NCBI GenBank assembly: GCA_015069265.1 | Contig: SVIY01000001.1 | Span: 22,665 to 86,664 of the forward strand | Reading direction: 5' to 3' | DNA: 64,000 nucleotides | DNA from: Clostridiales bacterium | Lineage (GTDB): Bacteria; Bacillota; Clostridia; Christensenellales; Borkfalkiaceae | Shown here: positions 20,246-28,708 of the stretch, piece by piece | Layout of the letters: each line of letters begins with the position of its first letter | How positions within the stretch are numbered: the stretch's first letter is position 1 | Translations under genes and position numbers: made by a program | The notes under the pieces: model-generated | Databases searched by the model: none | What the model saw: the letters and a program-made list of their open reading frames with translations, nothing else | Told to the model about the DNA's origin: nothing

Positions 20246-21367
20246 ATGTACATAAAATCGTTAACGCTAAAAAATTTCCGTAATTACAGTGAAGAAGCCA
20301 TATCTTTTTCCGACGGAATAAATATCTTGACGGGTGCTAACGCACAGGGCAAGACCAACGCCGCCGAAGCCATTTTCTTTTTGTGCACCGGCTACTCTCC
20401 TCGCGCGAACAGAGATAAGCTGGTTATTAAAAACGGGGAAGAAACGGCGGAAATTTCCGCGCTTGCATCCTCTCTTTACGGCGACGTGTCGGTCAAAATT
20501 AGATTTAATAAGAACGACAAGAAAAATATTTACGTCAACGGTATACAAGTACTTAAAATTGGGGAAATACTCGGCAATATAAACAGCGTGTTCTTCAACC
20601 CCTCCGAACTAAAACTCGTTCAAGAGAGTCCTGAAGACCGCCGTAGATTTTTGAACGTTTCCCTCTCACAAATGTCCAAAAACTACTTTTACGCTCTGCA
20701 AAGGTATAATAAAATTCTTTCGCAAAGGAATAATCTATTAAAGGATAGCGACCTTTCCTTAATTCGCGAAACTCTGCCCGTGTGGGACGAGCAACTTTGC
20801 AAACAGGCTGCAAAAATCATAAAATCGAGAAACGAGTTCTTAAACGATATCGCACCTATTGCAGAGAGCAAACACTCACTTTTATCGGACGGAAAAGAAG
20901 TGCTTAAAATGAAGACGGAGAGCGGTTATTACGGCTCTGAAGAAGATATAGCCTACGCCCTTAAAAGCGACCTTAAAGTCGGGCTAGAACGCGATATAAG
21001 GCTTGGGTTTACCTCAATTGGTCCGCACAGAGACGACATTAAGTTTACCTTAAACGGTGACGACGTTAGGGTGTTCGGCTCTCAAGGTCAGCAAAGAACG
21101 GTTGCACTCTCTCTTAAACTTGCGGAAACGGAAATCTTTTATAAACGCTTTAACGAGTATCCGATTTTGATTCTCGACGACGTGCTTTCCGAACTAGATA
21201 AAAAACGACAGAAAAAACTAATCGGTGCAGTCGAGCATTTGCAGACGGTGTTCACCGCGACGGGACTTGACAGAACGGTTTTTCGGGACAAAGAGTATAA
21301 CCGCATAGTCATTGAGGGTGGCGCTGTTAAAAAGCCAAAAGCTTTAAGTAGAACGGTAAAAGATTGA
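20246..21367 (+). CDS. recF: DNA replication and repair protein RecF
   Basis: Walker A GANAQGKTN, signature GSQGQQRT, Walker B ILILDDV. Confidence 0.95.
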   Translation: MYIKSLTLKNFRNYSEEAISFSDGINILTGANAQGKTNAAEAIFFLCTGYSPRANRDKLVIKNGEETAEISALASSLYGDVSVKIRFNKNDKKNIYVNGIQVLKIGEILGNINSVFFNPSELKLVQESPEDRRRFLNVSLSQMSKNYFYALQRYNKILSQRNNLLKDSDLSLIRETLPVWDEQLCKQAAKIIKSRNEFLNDIAPIAESKHSLLSDGKEVLKMKTESGYYGSEEDIAYALKSDLKVGLERDIRLGFTSIGPHRDDIKFTLNGDDVRVFGSQGQQRTVALSLKLAETEIFYKRFNEYPILILDDVLSELDKKRQKKLIGAVEHLQTVFTATGLDRTVFRDKEYNRIVIEGGAVKKPKALSRTVKD

Positions 21368-21576
21368 TTACCTCGCACTTCGCTCCGATTGTATCACACA
21401 AATTTTTCTTTTCAATGCTTATATGACACAAAATTGAAAAAAATTTTTATTGACAAACTTTCATCTTTGTGCTATCATAGTTAAAATCGTTAGGAAATTA
21501 TTGGGAGAATTTATTATTTTATTTAGGCTTTTTAGAAAAGAAAATTTTTTTCTGACTGCCAAACTTTAGGAAGTAT

Positions 21577-22176
21577 ATGAAAGAACAATTTAAAAAACGT
21601 TTAACAAAAAAACAAATTTTTTCCATTCCCAATATTTTAAGTTACTTGCGAATTCTCCTTGTCCCTGCGATAATAGTTTTGTACTGCGTTTACCACCTTC
21701 ATTATTGGGCGGCAGGGTTAATCGTTCTATCGGGACTTACCGACGTTGCGGACGGGTTTATTGCAAGGCGATTTAATATGGTAACCGACCTCGGCAAGTT
21801 TATCGACCCCGTTGCAGATAAAATCACGCAGTGTGCAATGGTGTTCTGCGCGGCGACTGTTAATTGGTGGGTTGCCTTCTTACTTGGACTCATGCTCACG
21901 AAAGACTTACTTTTATTTCTCTGGGGCTTAATGCTCTTTAGAAAGGAGGACAGGGTTAGCAGTTCGTGTTGGTACGGAAAGGCTTGCACGGTTATAGTGT
22001 ACGCGTCAATGTTCTCGCTGTTCGTTTATCCGCTAATGCCCGAAAAGATAGTTGCAATTCTTTTCACCGTGTGCGTCGTTGCAGTTGCACTCTCCACAAT
22101 TCTTTACGGAAATTATTACTTTACTATCTTCCGTAGATTAAAGCGCGAAAAAAAGCAAGAAGAACAATCAGTTTAA
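21577..22176 (+). CDS. CDP-alcohol phosphatidyltransferase family protein
   Basis: Motif DVADGFIARRFNMVTDLGKFIDPVADK (DG(x)2AR...G(x)3D(x)3D) in a multi-TM protein. Confidence 0.85.
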   Translation: MKEQFKKRLTKKQIFSIPNILSYLRILLVPAIIVLYCVYHLHYWAAGLIVLSGLTDVADGFIARRFNMVTDLGKFIDPVADKITQCAMVFCAATVNWWVAFLLGLMLTKDLLLFLWGLMLFRKEDRVSSSCWYGKACTVIVYASMFSLFVYPLMPEKIVAILFTVCVVAVALSTILYGNYYFTIFRRLKREKKQEEQSV

Positions 22177-22184
22177 TAAATATA

Positions 22185-22220
22185 AAAAAACGACCCGCAT
22201 CAATCGATGCGGGTTTTCTT
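22185..22220. terminator. bidirectional terminator
   Basis: ACCCGCAT-N6-ATGCGGGT hairpin with an A-run and a T-run. Confidence 0.8.
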
Positions 22221-22537
22221 TATATCGTTTTTAAGATGTCTTCTATCTCGCTTTTATCCAAAACGCCAACCGTTTGTTTTTGGACCTTTCCGTCCTTAAA
22301 GAAAATTAGCGTTGGGATAACTTCGATTTTGTATTCGACTGCAAGGCTCATCTCGTCATCCACGTTAACTTTGCCGACCTTAACCTTTCCGAAATACTCG
22401 TCTGCGATTTGGTCGATAACGGGGGAGAGCATTTTGCACGGTCCACACCAGCTCGCCCAAAAATCTACGAGCACGGGGGAGGAGCATTCTAACACTTCAC
22501 TCTTAAAGTTTTCTTTCGTTAAAACTACTTCTTTCAT
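22220..22537 (-). CDS. trxA: thioredoxin
   Basis: WCGPC active site in a 105-aa protein. Confidence 0.93.
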   Translation of the reverse strand: MKEVVLTKENFKSEVLECSSPVLVDFWASWCGPCKMLSPVIDQIADEYFGKVKVGKVNVDDEMSLAVEYKIEVIPTLIFFKDGKVQKQTVGVLDKSEIEDILKTI

Positions 22538-22548
22538 AATTTCCCTCC

Positions 22549-22746
22549 TTACTTTGACTTATAGTAAAGTCTACAATGGCAGTATCCCTCAAAGTCGGGG
22601 TCTTTTATCTGTGCCTTAAATTCCTCGCACATACATTTATACTCTTCCTTGCGAGAAATTCTGCACGGGCAATATCCACCCGTTCGCTCTAATCCCTCTT
22701 TTATGAGTTTTACCACTTCTTTATCACTGTTTAACGTTATTTTCAT
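22549..22746 (-). CDS. ferredoxin-thioredoxin reductase catalytic-subunit-like mini protein (65 aa)
   Basis: Cys pattern CPCR...CMC...CHC resembles the FTR catalytic chain CPC/CPC/CHC cluster. Sits directly upstream of trxA. Confidence 0.6.
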   Translation of the reverse strand: MKITLNSDKEVVKLIKEGLERTGGYCPCRISRKEEYKCMCEEFKAQIKDPDFEGYCHCRLYYKSK

Positions 22747-22747
22747 A

Positions 22748-23566
22748 TTAGTTGTCTTTTAAGCTGTTGCCGAGATACGTTCCAAAACTAATGGTAGATT
22801 TTTTCTTTTCTCCCATACCGCTTCTTTGTCCGCCTCTGCCACCTTTATTGAATTTATTACCTCTTCCGCCCTTATCGAACTTCTTTCCGCCTCTACTATC
22901 GCGACGGTTTCTGTCGTTACCGTTTCTGCCGGCGTTGTAGGGTTTAGCAAATTCGTCCTTGTCGTTGGGAACGATTACTACGTATCTATTGGGTTCTTTT
23001 CCGTCGCTTTTTGTAGTTACCGTTTGACTGTCGGAGAGTGCCGTGTGAATAATTCTTCTCTCAAACGGACTCATCGGCTCTAAAACAACCTCACGTCTCA
23101 TTTCGGTTGCCTTTTCTTCAAGCTTCTTTGCAAGTTTAATGAGCGTGTCTTCTCTTCTGTCGCGGTAATTTTCACAATCTACAACGACTTTTTTGTATTC
23201 TTTCTTGCCGATGTTAAGTACTGCGCCTGCTAGAGTTTGAATAGCGTCCAATACCTCTCCGCGATAACCGATTACTTGTGAAGAATCTTTTGACTCCAAC
23301 GTGATTACCGTGTTGTCGCCCTCGGAAGTGAGCATTGCGTCCGCACTCATTTCCATAATGTCAAGAATGCCTTGAACAAAGTTTACCGCTCTTTCTGCGT
23401 CCGTTTCCTTTCTCTTTATAGAAACGACTGCCTTTCCTTTAAGTCTTCCAAACAACCCCTTAACAGGTTCTTCGATTACGGTTATCTCTGCTTTCTCTTC
23501 GGTAATGCCAAGCTTTTCTAGGCCGAGCGCCTTTGCTTCTTCTACCGTTTTACCTGTAAACTCCAT
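22748..23566 (-). CDS. jag: Jag/KhpB RNA-binding protein (Jag_N-KH-R3H) with an RGG-rich C-terminal tail
   Basis: Jag_N start (MEFTGKTVEEAKALGLEKLG), KH and R3H (ERRIIH) motifs. Lies downstream of yidC. Confidence 0.85.
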   Translation of the reverse strand: MEFTGKTVEEAKALGLEKLGITEEKAEITVIEEPVKGLFGRLKGKAVVSIKRKETDAERAVNFVQGILDIMEMSADAMLTSEGDNTVITLESKDSSQVIGYRGEVLDAIQTLAGAVLNIGKKEYKKVVVDCENYRDRREDTLIKLAKKLEEKATEMRREVVLEPMSPFERRIIHTALSDSQTVTTKSDGKEPNRYVVIVPNDKDEFAKPYNAGRNGNDRNRRDSRGGKKFDKGGRGNKFNKGGRGGQRSGMGEKKKSTISFGTYLGNSLKDN

Positions 23567-23597
23567 ATATATTTCCTCCGTGCGCCTCTTTGCGCCT

Positions 23598-25130
23598 TTA
23601 TTTTAGTCTTCCACGGATATGACTCTTGCTACTCTTTTCGTTAGAGAGGAAATCTCCACCGCTTTGGTGAGCAAACTTGTCGTCCTTGCTCTTTGTAACT
23701 TCCTTTTTAGCCTCGACCTTTTCCTCTTCCTTGGGGGTGTAAACTCTGCCTCTTACCTTATTATCTTTGCTTGCTTTTTGTTTTTTATACTTTCTATCAA
23801 CCATAAAGTTGATGAGGAAGGTAGTTCCTAAACTTATAAGCGAGCTTAAAATGATATAGATAGAGAATGCTGCGGTATACATGAACGCGAACACCGCCAT
23901 CATGATAGGCATAAGCCATTTCATTATTTTGCCCGTTTGCGCGCCTTGTCCGTCAACCGTTTGAAGTTCCATTTGCGCCTTTTGCGTTTTGTTCATAACG
24001 AGTTGGGAAATAAGTGATACGCCTGCGGTTAAAATAACGAGTATAAAGTATCCGTTTGCTTGTGTCTTTTCTTCTCCAAGATTGGTCAATAGTTCGTTGT
24101 ACTCGTTTTCGCCAAAGTTGGTGTTTCCTTCGTATTGGTGAGTGGACTTAAAAGACGACCAATCTGTTTCAACTGCTTTTTTGAACGCACTATCAGAAAC
24201 CCAAATGTTTTTAACCCAGAGGAAAGACGCGTTTTCTTCTCTAAACTTTTCCGCTGCTCTCTCTCTTTGAATTTCTCTGATAAACTGTTCTTCGGTCATA
24301 GTAAACTCTGCGTTTTCCGCCTGTTTTGCAGTTACGTATTGAGTATAACTCTTTCCGTCAAGTTTAAGGTCTTCTTTATTATCTATTACTCCTGAAATAA
24401 CGCTAAATACAGGTTCAGAAGTTTTAGTCGTTCCGTCGTTTAATACAATGTACTCGATTTTGTAGTTGGTGTAACCGTTTTCGGTATAAACTTGTAAATC
24501 GCCTTTTTTGCCGAGAATTGTGTCAACACCGTCAATCTTTTCAACGTAATCACCGGTTATAGTATCGGTAAAGTAAATTTCGTATTTCTCTCCGCCGTTA
24601 TCTATTTGGATAGGGGAGGTTTTATCTTTGAACTTTTCGATAACAATGCTCTTGCTACCGTTTTCATTTTCTACTATATATTCGCCGTCGGCAGAAATTC
24701 CGTCGTAAACAACGCTGTTATACGATAAACTCATATCGTAAACGTATTCTTTGTTTTGGAATCTTGAGTATGCCGAAAAACCGTTGATTGCGATAATAAA
24801 GATGACGAGCGTTAAAATGGTGGGCAAGCAAGAACCGAACATAGAGTAACCGTTCTTTTTGTAGAGCGCCATCATTTTTTGTTGATACAACTGCTTGTTG
24901 TCTGCATACTGCTTTTGCAATTTTTCAAGTTCGGGACGCATTTCTTCCATAAGAAGAGAGTTTCTGCGCATAGACCTTCTTGAAACGTAGTCAAAAGGAA
25001 GAGTTATAATTTTTAAGCCAATGGTAAATAAAACAATCGCCGCAACGATTGACGTACCATTAACCAACCACATAAATATTCTTGAAAATACGTTACCTAT
25101 CTCCGGATAGGCAAAATTAATAATCTGCAT
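23598..25130 (-). CDS. yidC: membrane protein insertase YidC with a large loop insertion
   Basis: YidC core TMs and coiled-coil (MRPELEKLQKQY...KKNGYS). Basic C-terminus. Position is rnpA-yidD-yidC-jag. Confidence 0.88.
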   Translation of the reverse strand: MQIINFAYPEIGNVFSRIFMWLVNGTSIVAAIVLFTIGLKIITLPFDYVSRRSMRRNSLLMEEMRPELEKLQKQYADNKQLYQQKMMALYKKNGYSMFGSCLPTILTLVIFIIAINGFSAYSRFQNKEYVYDMSLSYNSVVYDGISADGEYIVENENGSKSIVIEKFKDKTSPIQIDNGGEKYEIYFTDTITGDYVEKIDGVDTILGKKGDLQVYTENGYTNYKIEYIVLNDGTTKTSEPVFSVISGVIDNKEDLKLDGKSYTQYVTAKQAENAEFTMTEEQFIREIQRERAAEKFREENASFLWVKNIWVSDSAFKKAVETDWSSFKSTHQYEGNTNFGENEYNELLTNLGEEKTQANGYFILVILTAGVSLISQLVMNKTQKAQMELQTVDGQGAQTGKIMKWLMPIMMAVFAFMYTAAFSIYIILSSLISLGTTFLINFMVDRKYKKQKASKDNKVRGRVYTPKEEEKVEAKKEVTKSKDDKFAHQSGGDFLSNEKSSKSHIRGRLK

Positions 25131-25364
25131 TTAATATACCCATTTAACCAAACTTTTTTTATCGGGAACTTTATCAAATCCACCCTTTGTCCACGGGTGA
25201 CACCTCAAAATTCTCTTTGCACCTAAAAAACACCCGACAAAAAAGCCGTGTTTTAAAATCGCCTCTAACGTATACTCCGAACAGGACGGAATAAACGTAC
25301 AAGTCCCCCTCGATAAATGTTTTTGATAAAACCTTATAAGTTTTACGCCTAAAATTTTTAGCAT
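25131..25364 (-). CDS. yidD: membrane protein insertion efficiency factor YidD
   Basis: CxFxPSCSEY motif ([14 protein letters not shown]) and CHPW. Confidence 0.9.
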   Translation of the reverse strand: MLKILGVKLIRFYQKHLSRGTCTFIPSCSEYTLEAILKHGFFVGCFLGAKRILRCHPWTKGGFDKVPDKKSLVKWVY

Positions 25365-25365
25365 T

Positions 25366-25692
25366 TTACTCTAAAACGTTACCTTTTTTCAACAAGTATT
25401 CCATACTCTCGTTAAACTTTTTAAGCGTGTATTCTTCTTGAACTTTCGGTATAAAAACAAAAAAGAAGTTTTTCCCTATTTTTGGTAAAAAACTTCTGAA
25501 AGATTCCCTTAAAAGTCTTTTTATCCTATTTCTCTTGACGCTTCCGCCGTGTTTTTTACTCACGGCGAAACCTACTTTTAATTCCTTTGACGGAAAGTAT
25601 ACAAGAGTTAACGAGGACGAAAAAAGCCTTTTACCTTTGTTAAAAACAAGATTGAAATCTTTTTCTTTTTTTAACCTGTAATCAAAGGTCAT
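25366..25692 (-). CDS. rnpA: ribonuclease P protein component
   Basis: RNR-like motif ([11 protein letters not shown]), appropriate size, and position after rpmH. Confidence 0.9.
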   Translation of the reverse strand: MTFDYRLKKEKDFNLVFNKGKRLFSSSLTLVYFPSKELKVGFAVSKKHGGSVKRNRIKRLLRESFRSFLPKIGKNFFFVFIPKVQEEYTLKKFNESMEYLLKKGNVLE

Positions 25693-25703
25693 TTTCTTTC
25701 TCT

Positions 25704-25838
25704 TTATGCAGAAAGCTTATGACGACCTTTATTGCGTCTTCTCTTCAAAACGTTTTTGCCCGAACGGGTTTTCATTCTCTTTCTAAATCCGTGTACTTTG
25801 CTTCTCTGTCTTTTCTTGGGCTGATAAGTCTGTTTCAT
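25704..25838 (-). CDS. rpmH: 50S ribosomal protein L34
   Basis: Translated by hand as [51 protein letters not shown] present. Too short for the ORF track. Confidence 0.93.
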   Translation of the reverse strand: MKQTYQPKKRQRSKVHGFRKRMKTRSGKNVLKRRRNKGRHKLSA

Positions 25839-25919
25839 TTTGTATTTCTCCTATATTTCTTATCTTTTTTTATTTTTGCTATACTATTGTATAGAGAAAA
25901 TTTAATTTTGTCAATTGTT

Positions 25920-27020
25920 TTACGCGCTTATTCTTACCGGAAGAACCAAATATAAGAACTCACTGTCCCTTGCCGACGTTATTATGCAGGGGTCTATTGC
26001 GGTGTTTAGGTTGAGATTTATAAAATCTTCATCAACTATCTTTAAGTATTCGGAAATGTATTTACCGTTAAACGCTATTACTAAATCTTTGCCTTGAAGA
26101 TTGATGTTGACGTTCTCGTTTACCGTTCCAACCTCTGATTTTGCAAGTATTCCCATACCTTCTTCTTTGATGTCGAACTTTATAACGTTATATCTATCGT
26201 TTCTTGCAACGATTGCCGCTCTTTCAATACTCGATAGCAATGCTTGGCGGTTAACGGTTACGACGTTTTCAAAAGAAGTGGGGAGTATGTGGTTATACTT
26301 AACGAATTCTCCCTCAATTAGTCTTGAAATAAATACTGTGTTTTCAATCTCTACGTAGAGGGTGTTCTTTTGTAAATATACTTTTATTAATTCATCGTCG
26401 TTCTCTAAAAGTCTGGTTATCTCGTTTAATGCTCTTGCAGGGATAACGGCTTTCATATCAGAACTAGCGAAAACTTCCTTTTTTACGACTGCCATTCTAA
26501 ATCCGTCGAGAGCAACGCCGGTTAAAAGATTGTTCTCAATTTCAAAAAGGCATCCTTTAAGTATAGGTCTACTATCGTCCGTTGAACATGCAAAAGCAAT
26601 CTTTTCCACAACGTCCTTAAAATCTTTTTGTTTAATCTCAAAAAAGGCGCTTCCTTCTTCCTTTTCAATCTTGGGATAGCTCTCTGCGGGGAAAACTTGA
26701 AGTTCACTTTCAGAATCGGAATATTTTATTTGCAACTGTCCGTCAAAAAGTCGAGATAACTCTACCTGTTCTTTTTCGAGTTTTTTTGCAAAGTCTACGA
26801 AATATTTACCAACGACAACCGTTTCGCCTTCCATTAAAACGTCTGCTTTAATCTTTTTTTCTATAGTTAGTTCGGTATCGGTTGCAAGGAGTGATAAAGT
26901 TTCACCTTTTGCAGTGATTTTTATACCCTCTAAAACAGGATTAGAAGCCTTTACAGAAAGTGCTTTAGAAACCTTTAACACTGCATCAGATAAATCTAGA
27001 CCGTCACAAATAATTTTCAT
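25920..27020 (-). CDS. dnaN: DNA polymerase III beta sliding clamp
   Basis: Full-length DnaN collinearity (MKIICDGLDLSDAVLKVSKAL... three-domain clamp). Confidence 0.95.
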   Translation of the reverse strand: MKIICDGLDLSDAVLKVSKALSVKASNPVLEGIKITAKGETLSLLATDTELTIEKKIKADVLMEGETVVVGKYFVDFAKKLEKEQVELSRLFDGQLQIKYSDSESELQVFPAESYPKIEKEEGSAFFEIKQKDFKDVVEKIAFACSTDDSRPILKGCLFEIENNLLTGVALDGFRMAVVKKEVFASSDMKAVIPARALNEITRLLENDDELIKVYLQKNTLYVEIENTVFISRLIEGEFVKYNHILPTSFENVVTVNRQALLSSIERAAIVARNDRYNVIKFDIKEEGMGILAKSEVGTVNENVNINLQGKDLVIAFNGKYISEYLKIVDEDFINLNLNTAIDPCIITSARDSEFLYLVLPVRISA

Positions 27021-27058
27021 AGTTTTTCTCCGTTACTAAATTTTATATAAGAAAAAAT

Positions 27059-27486
27059 TTTTCCACCTTAATATATTGTATATATTATATAATATATAGG
27101 GTAAAAAATCAAGACTTTTTTGGTTTATTCCTTTGATTTTTTAGCAAGGAAAAAATAAAAAATTTTACATTCGGTGCTTTTGTTATGTATGTTTATTTTT
27201 TATTTAAAATTTAAAGTGGTATTATTAGTATTATGTTCGGTGGAAAAGTGGAAAAGGTTAAAAAAGATAGATAAAGCAAATGGAAAGCGCGTTTGATAGA
27301 TGGTTGATAGAAATTTAATAGAAATTTGATAAGTTGATAGAATTTTATTGAAAAACAAATTTTATCACAAAAAAAGGTTAAAAAAATGAAAATTTTAAGG
27401 GAAAAATAGCGAGAAAAAAGTAATCCACAAAAGTATAAACTTTTATAAAAATAGAAGTTGATAAAAAAATATTTGTGTGTTGATAA
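27059..27486. other. candidate oriC segment: DnaA-box-like cluster plus AT-rich unwinding region
   Basis: Near-consensus DnaA boxes: TTTTCCACC 27059-27067; TTTTCCACC and TTTTCCACT on the minus strand at 27239-27255; TAATCCACA 27421-27429; TTATCAACA (minus) 27478-27486; TTATCAACT (minus) 27456-27464. Repeated TTGATAGA at 27292-27341. A 31-bp stretch at 27068-27098 is nearly pure A/T. Confidence 0.5.
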
Positions 27487-27507
27487 AAGTTATGATATAA
27501 TAAACGT

Positions 27508-28188
27508 ATGAAAAATTTATTTGAAAAATTCGGGATAGAAATAACAAAAGAGCAAGAAGAAAAGTTTGAAAAATACTATCAAATTTTAATCGAGTACAAT
27601 TCAAAATTTAATATAACGGCAATAACCGAAAAAGAGGACGTTTATAAAAAACATTTTATAGACAGTATTTTGGGAGTGGATAAGTTCGACGTTGGTAAGT
27701 TGATAGACGTTGGTTCTGGCGGTGGATTTCCTGCAATTCCTATTAAAATTATGAAAGAGGAAATAGATTTAACCTTGCTTGAGGCGACGGGAAAGAAGTG
27801 CGAATTTTTAAAAGCCGTCGTGCGCGAGTTAGACTTAAAAAACGTAACCGTCATTAACGGTAGGGCGGAAGATATTGCAAGGGAAGAGAGTAAAAGAGAA
27901 AAGTTCGATATGTGCTCTGCGCGCGCAGTAGCAAGACTTAACACCCTTTTAGAGTACTGTATGCCATTTGTTAAGGTGGGCGGAAAGTTTATATCTTTTA
28001 AGGGCGACGCAAAAGAGGAAGTAATAGAGGCGGAGAACGCTATAAAAGTGCTTGGCGGAAAACTAGAAGAGGTCAAGGAATATACGCTAGAGGACGCAAA
28101 GAGGGCGTTAGTTGTCGTTAAAAAGGTAAAATCTACCGACAAAAAATATCCACGCGGACAAGGAAAAGAGAGGAAGAACCCATTGTGA
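27508..28188 (+). CDS. rsmG: 16S rRNA (guanine527-N7)-methyltransferase RsmG (GidB)
   Basis: SAM motif DVGSGGGFPAIP and the GidB family layout. Confidence 0.93.
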   Translation: MKNLFEKFGIEITKEQEEKFEKYYQILIEYNSKFNITAITEKEDVYKKHFIDSILGVDKFDVGKLIDVGSGGGFPAIPIKIMKEEIDLTLLEATGKKCEFLKAVVRELDLKNVTVINGRAEDIAREESKREKFDMCSARAVARLNTLLEYCMPFVKVGGKFISFKGDAKEEVIEAENAIKVLGGKLEEVKEYTLEDAKRALVVVKKVKSTDKKYPRGQGKERKNPL

Positions 28189-28655
28189 GTGAAATTTTTA
28201 TAAATAGGGCGCGCGCGTGTGCGTTTACAGGTCATAGAAAGCTTACCGAAAACTTTTCTATAGATAAATTAAAACAAACCATCGAAAAGCTTATAGATGG
28301 CGGTTTTAACACTTTTTTGGTGGGAATGGCGCTCGGCTTTGATACAGAGTGTTTTAAGATTTTAGAGGGAATAAGAGAGCAAAAAAATATAAAAATTATT
28401 GCTTGTATTCCGTGCGAAAATCAGGCGCAAAAATTTCCTCAAAAAGATAAAATAGAGTATGAACGCATGTTATCGGTTGCAGACCAAAAGGTTTACGTAA
28501 GTAAAGAATATACCGCATGGTGTATGCAAAAACGCAACGAATTTATGGTTGATAACTGTTCGGTGCTCGTCGCATTTTTAAGACAAGAAAAAAGCGGAAC
28601 GGGAAACACGGTAAGATATGCGGTAAAAAAGCAAGTAATGATAATAAATTTATAA
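28185..28655 (+). CDS. DUF1273/YpsA-like SLOG family protein
   Basis: Collinear with B. subtilis YpsA blocks (FTGHRKL; VGMALGFD; ACIPC; KRNEFMVDNCSVLVAF...GTGNTV). GTG start overlaps the rsmG stop (GTGA). Confidence 0.65.
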   Translation: MSEIFINRARACAFTGHRKLTENFSIDKLKQTIEKLIDGGFNTFLVGMALGFDTECFKILEGIREQKNIKIIACIPCENQAQKFPQKDKIEYERMLSVADQKVYVSKEYTAWCMQKRNEFMVDNCSVLVAFLRQEKSGTGNTVRYAVKKQVMIINL

Positions 28656-28708
28656 GATAAAAAGGCAATAAAAAACCCCAAGCACAAAAGGTGCAAGGGG
28701 TTATTTTT

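Noticed and set aside
27642-28235. 197-aa minus-strand ORF
   Set aside because: It is antisense to rsmG, which has clear SAM-methyltransferase motifs. It has low-complexity S/F/T-rich composition.
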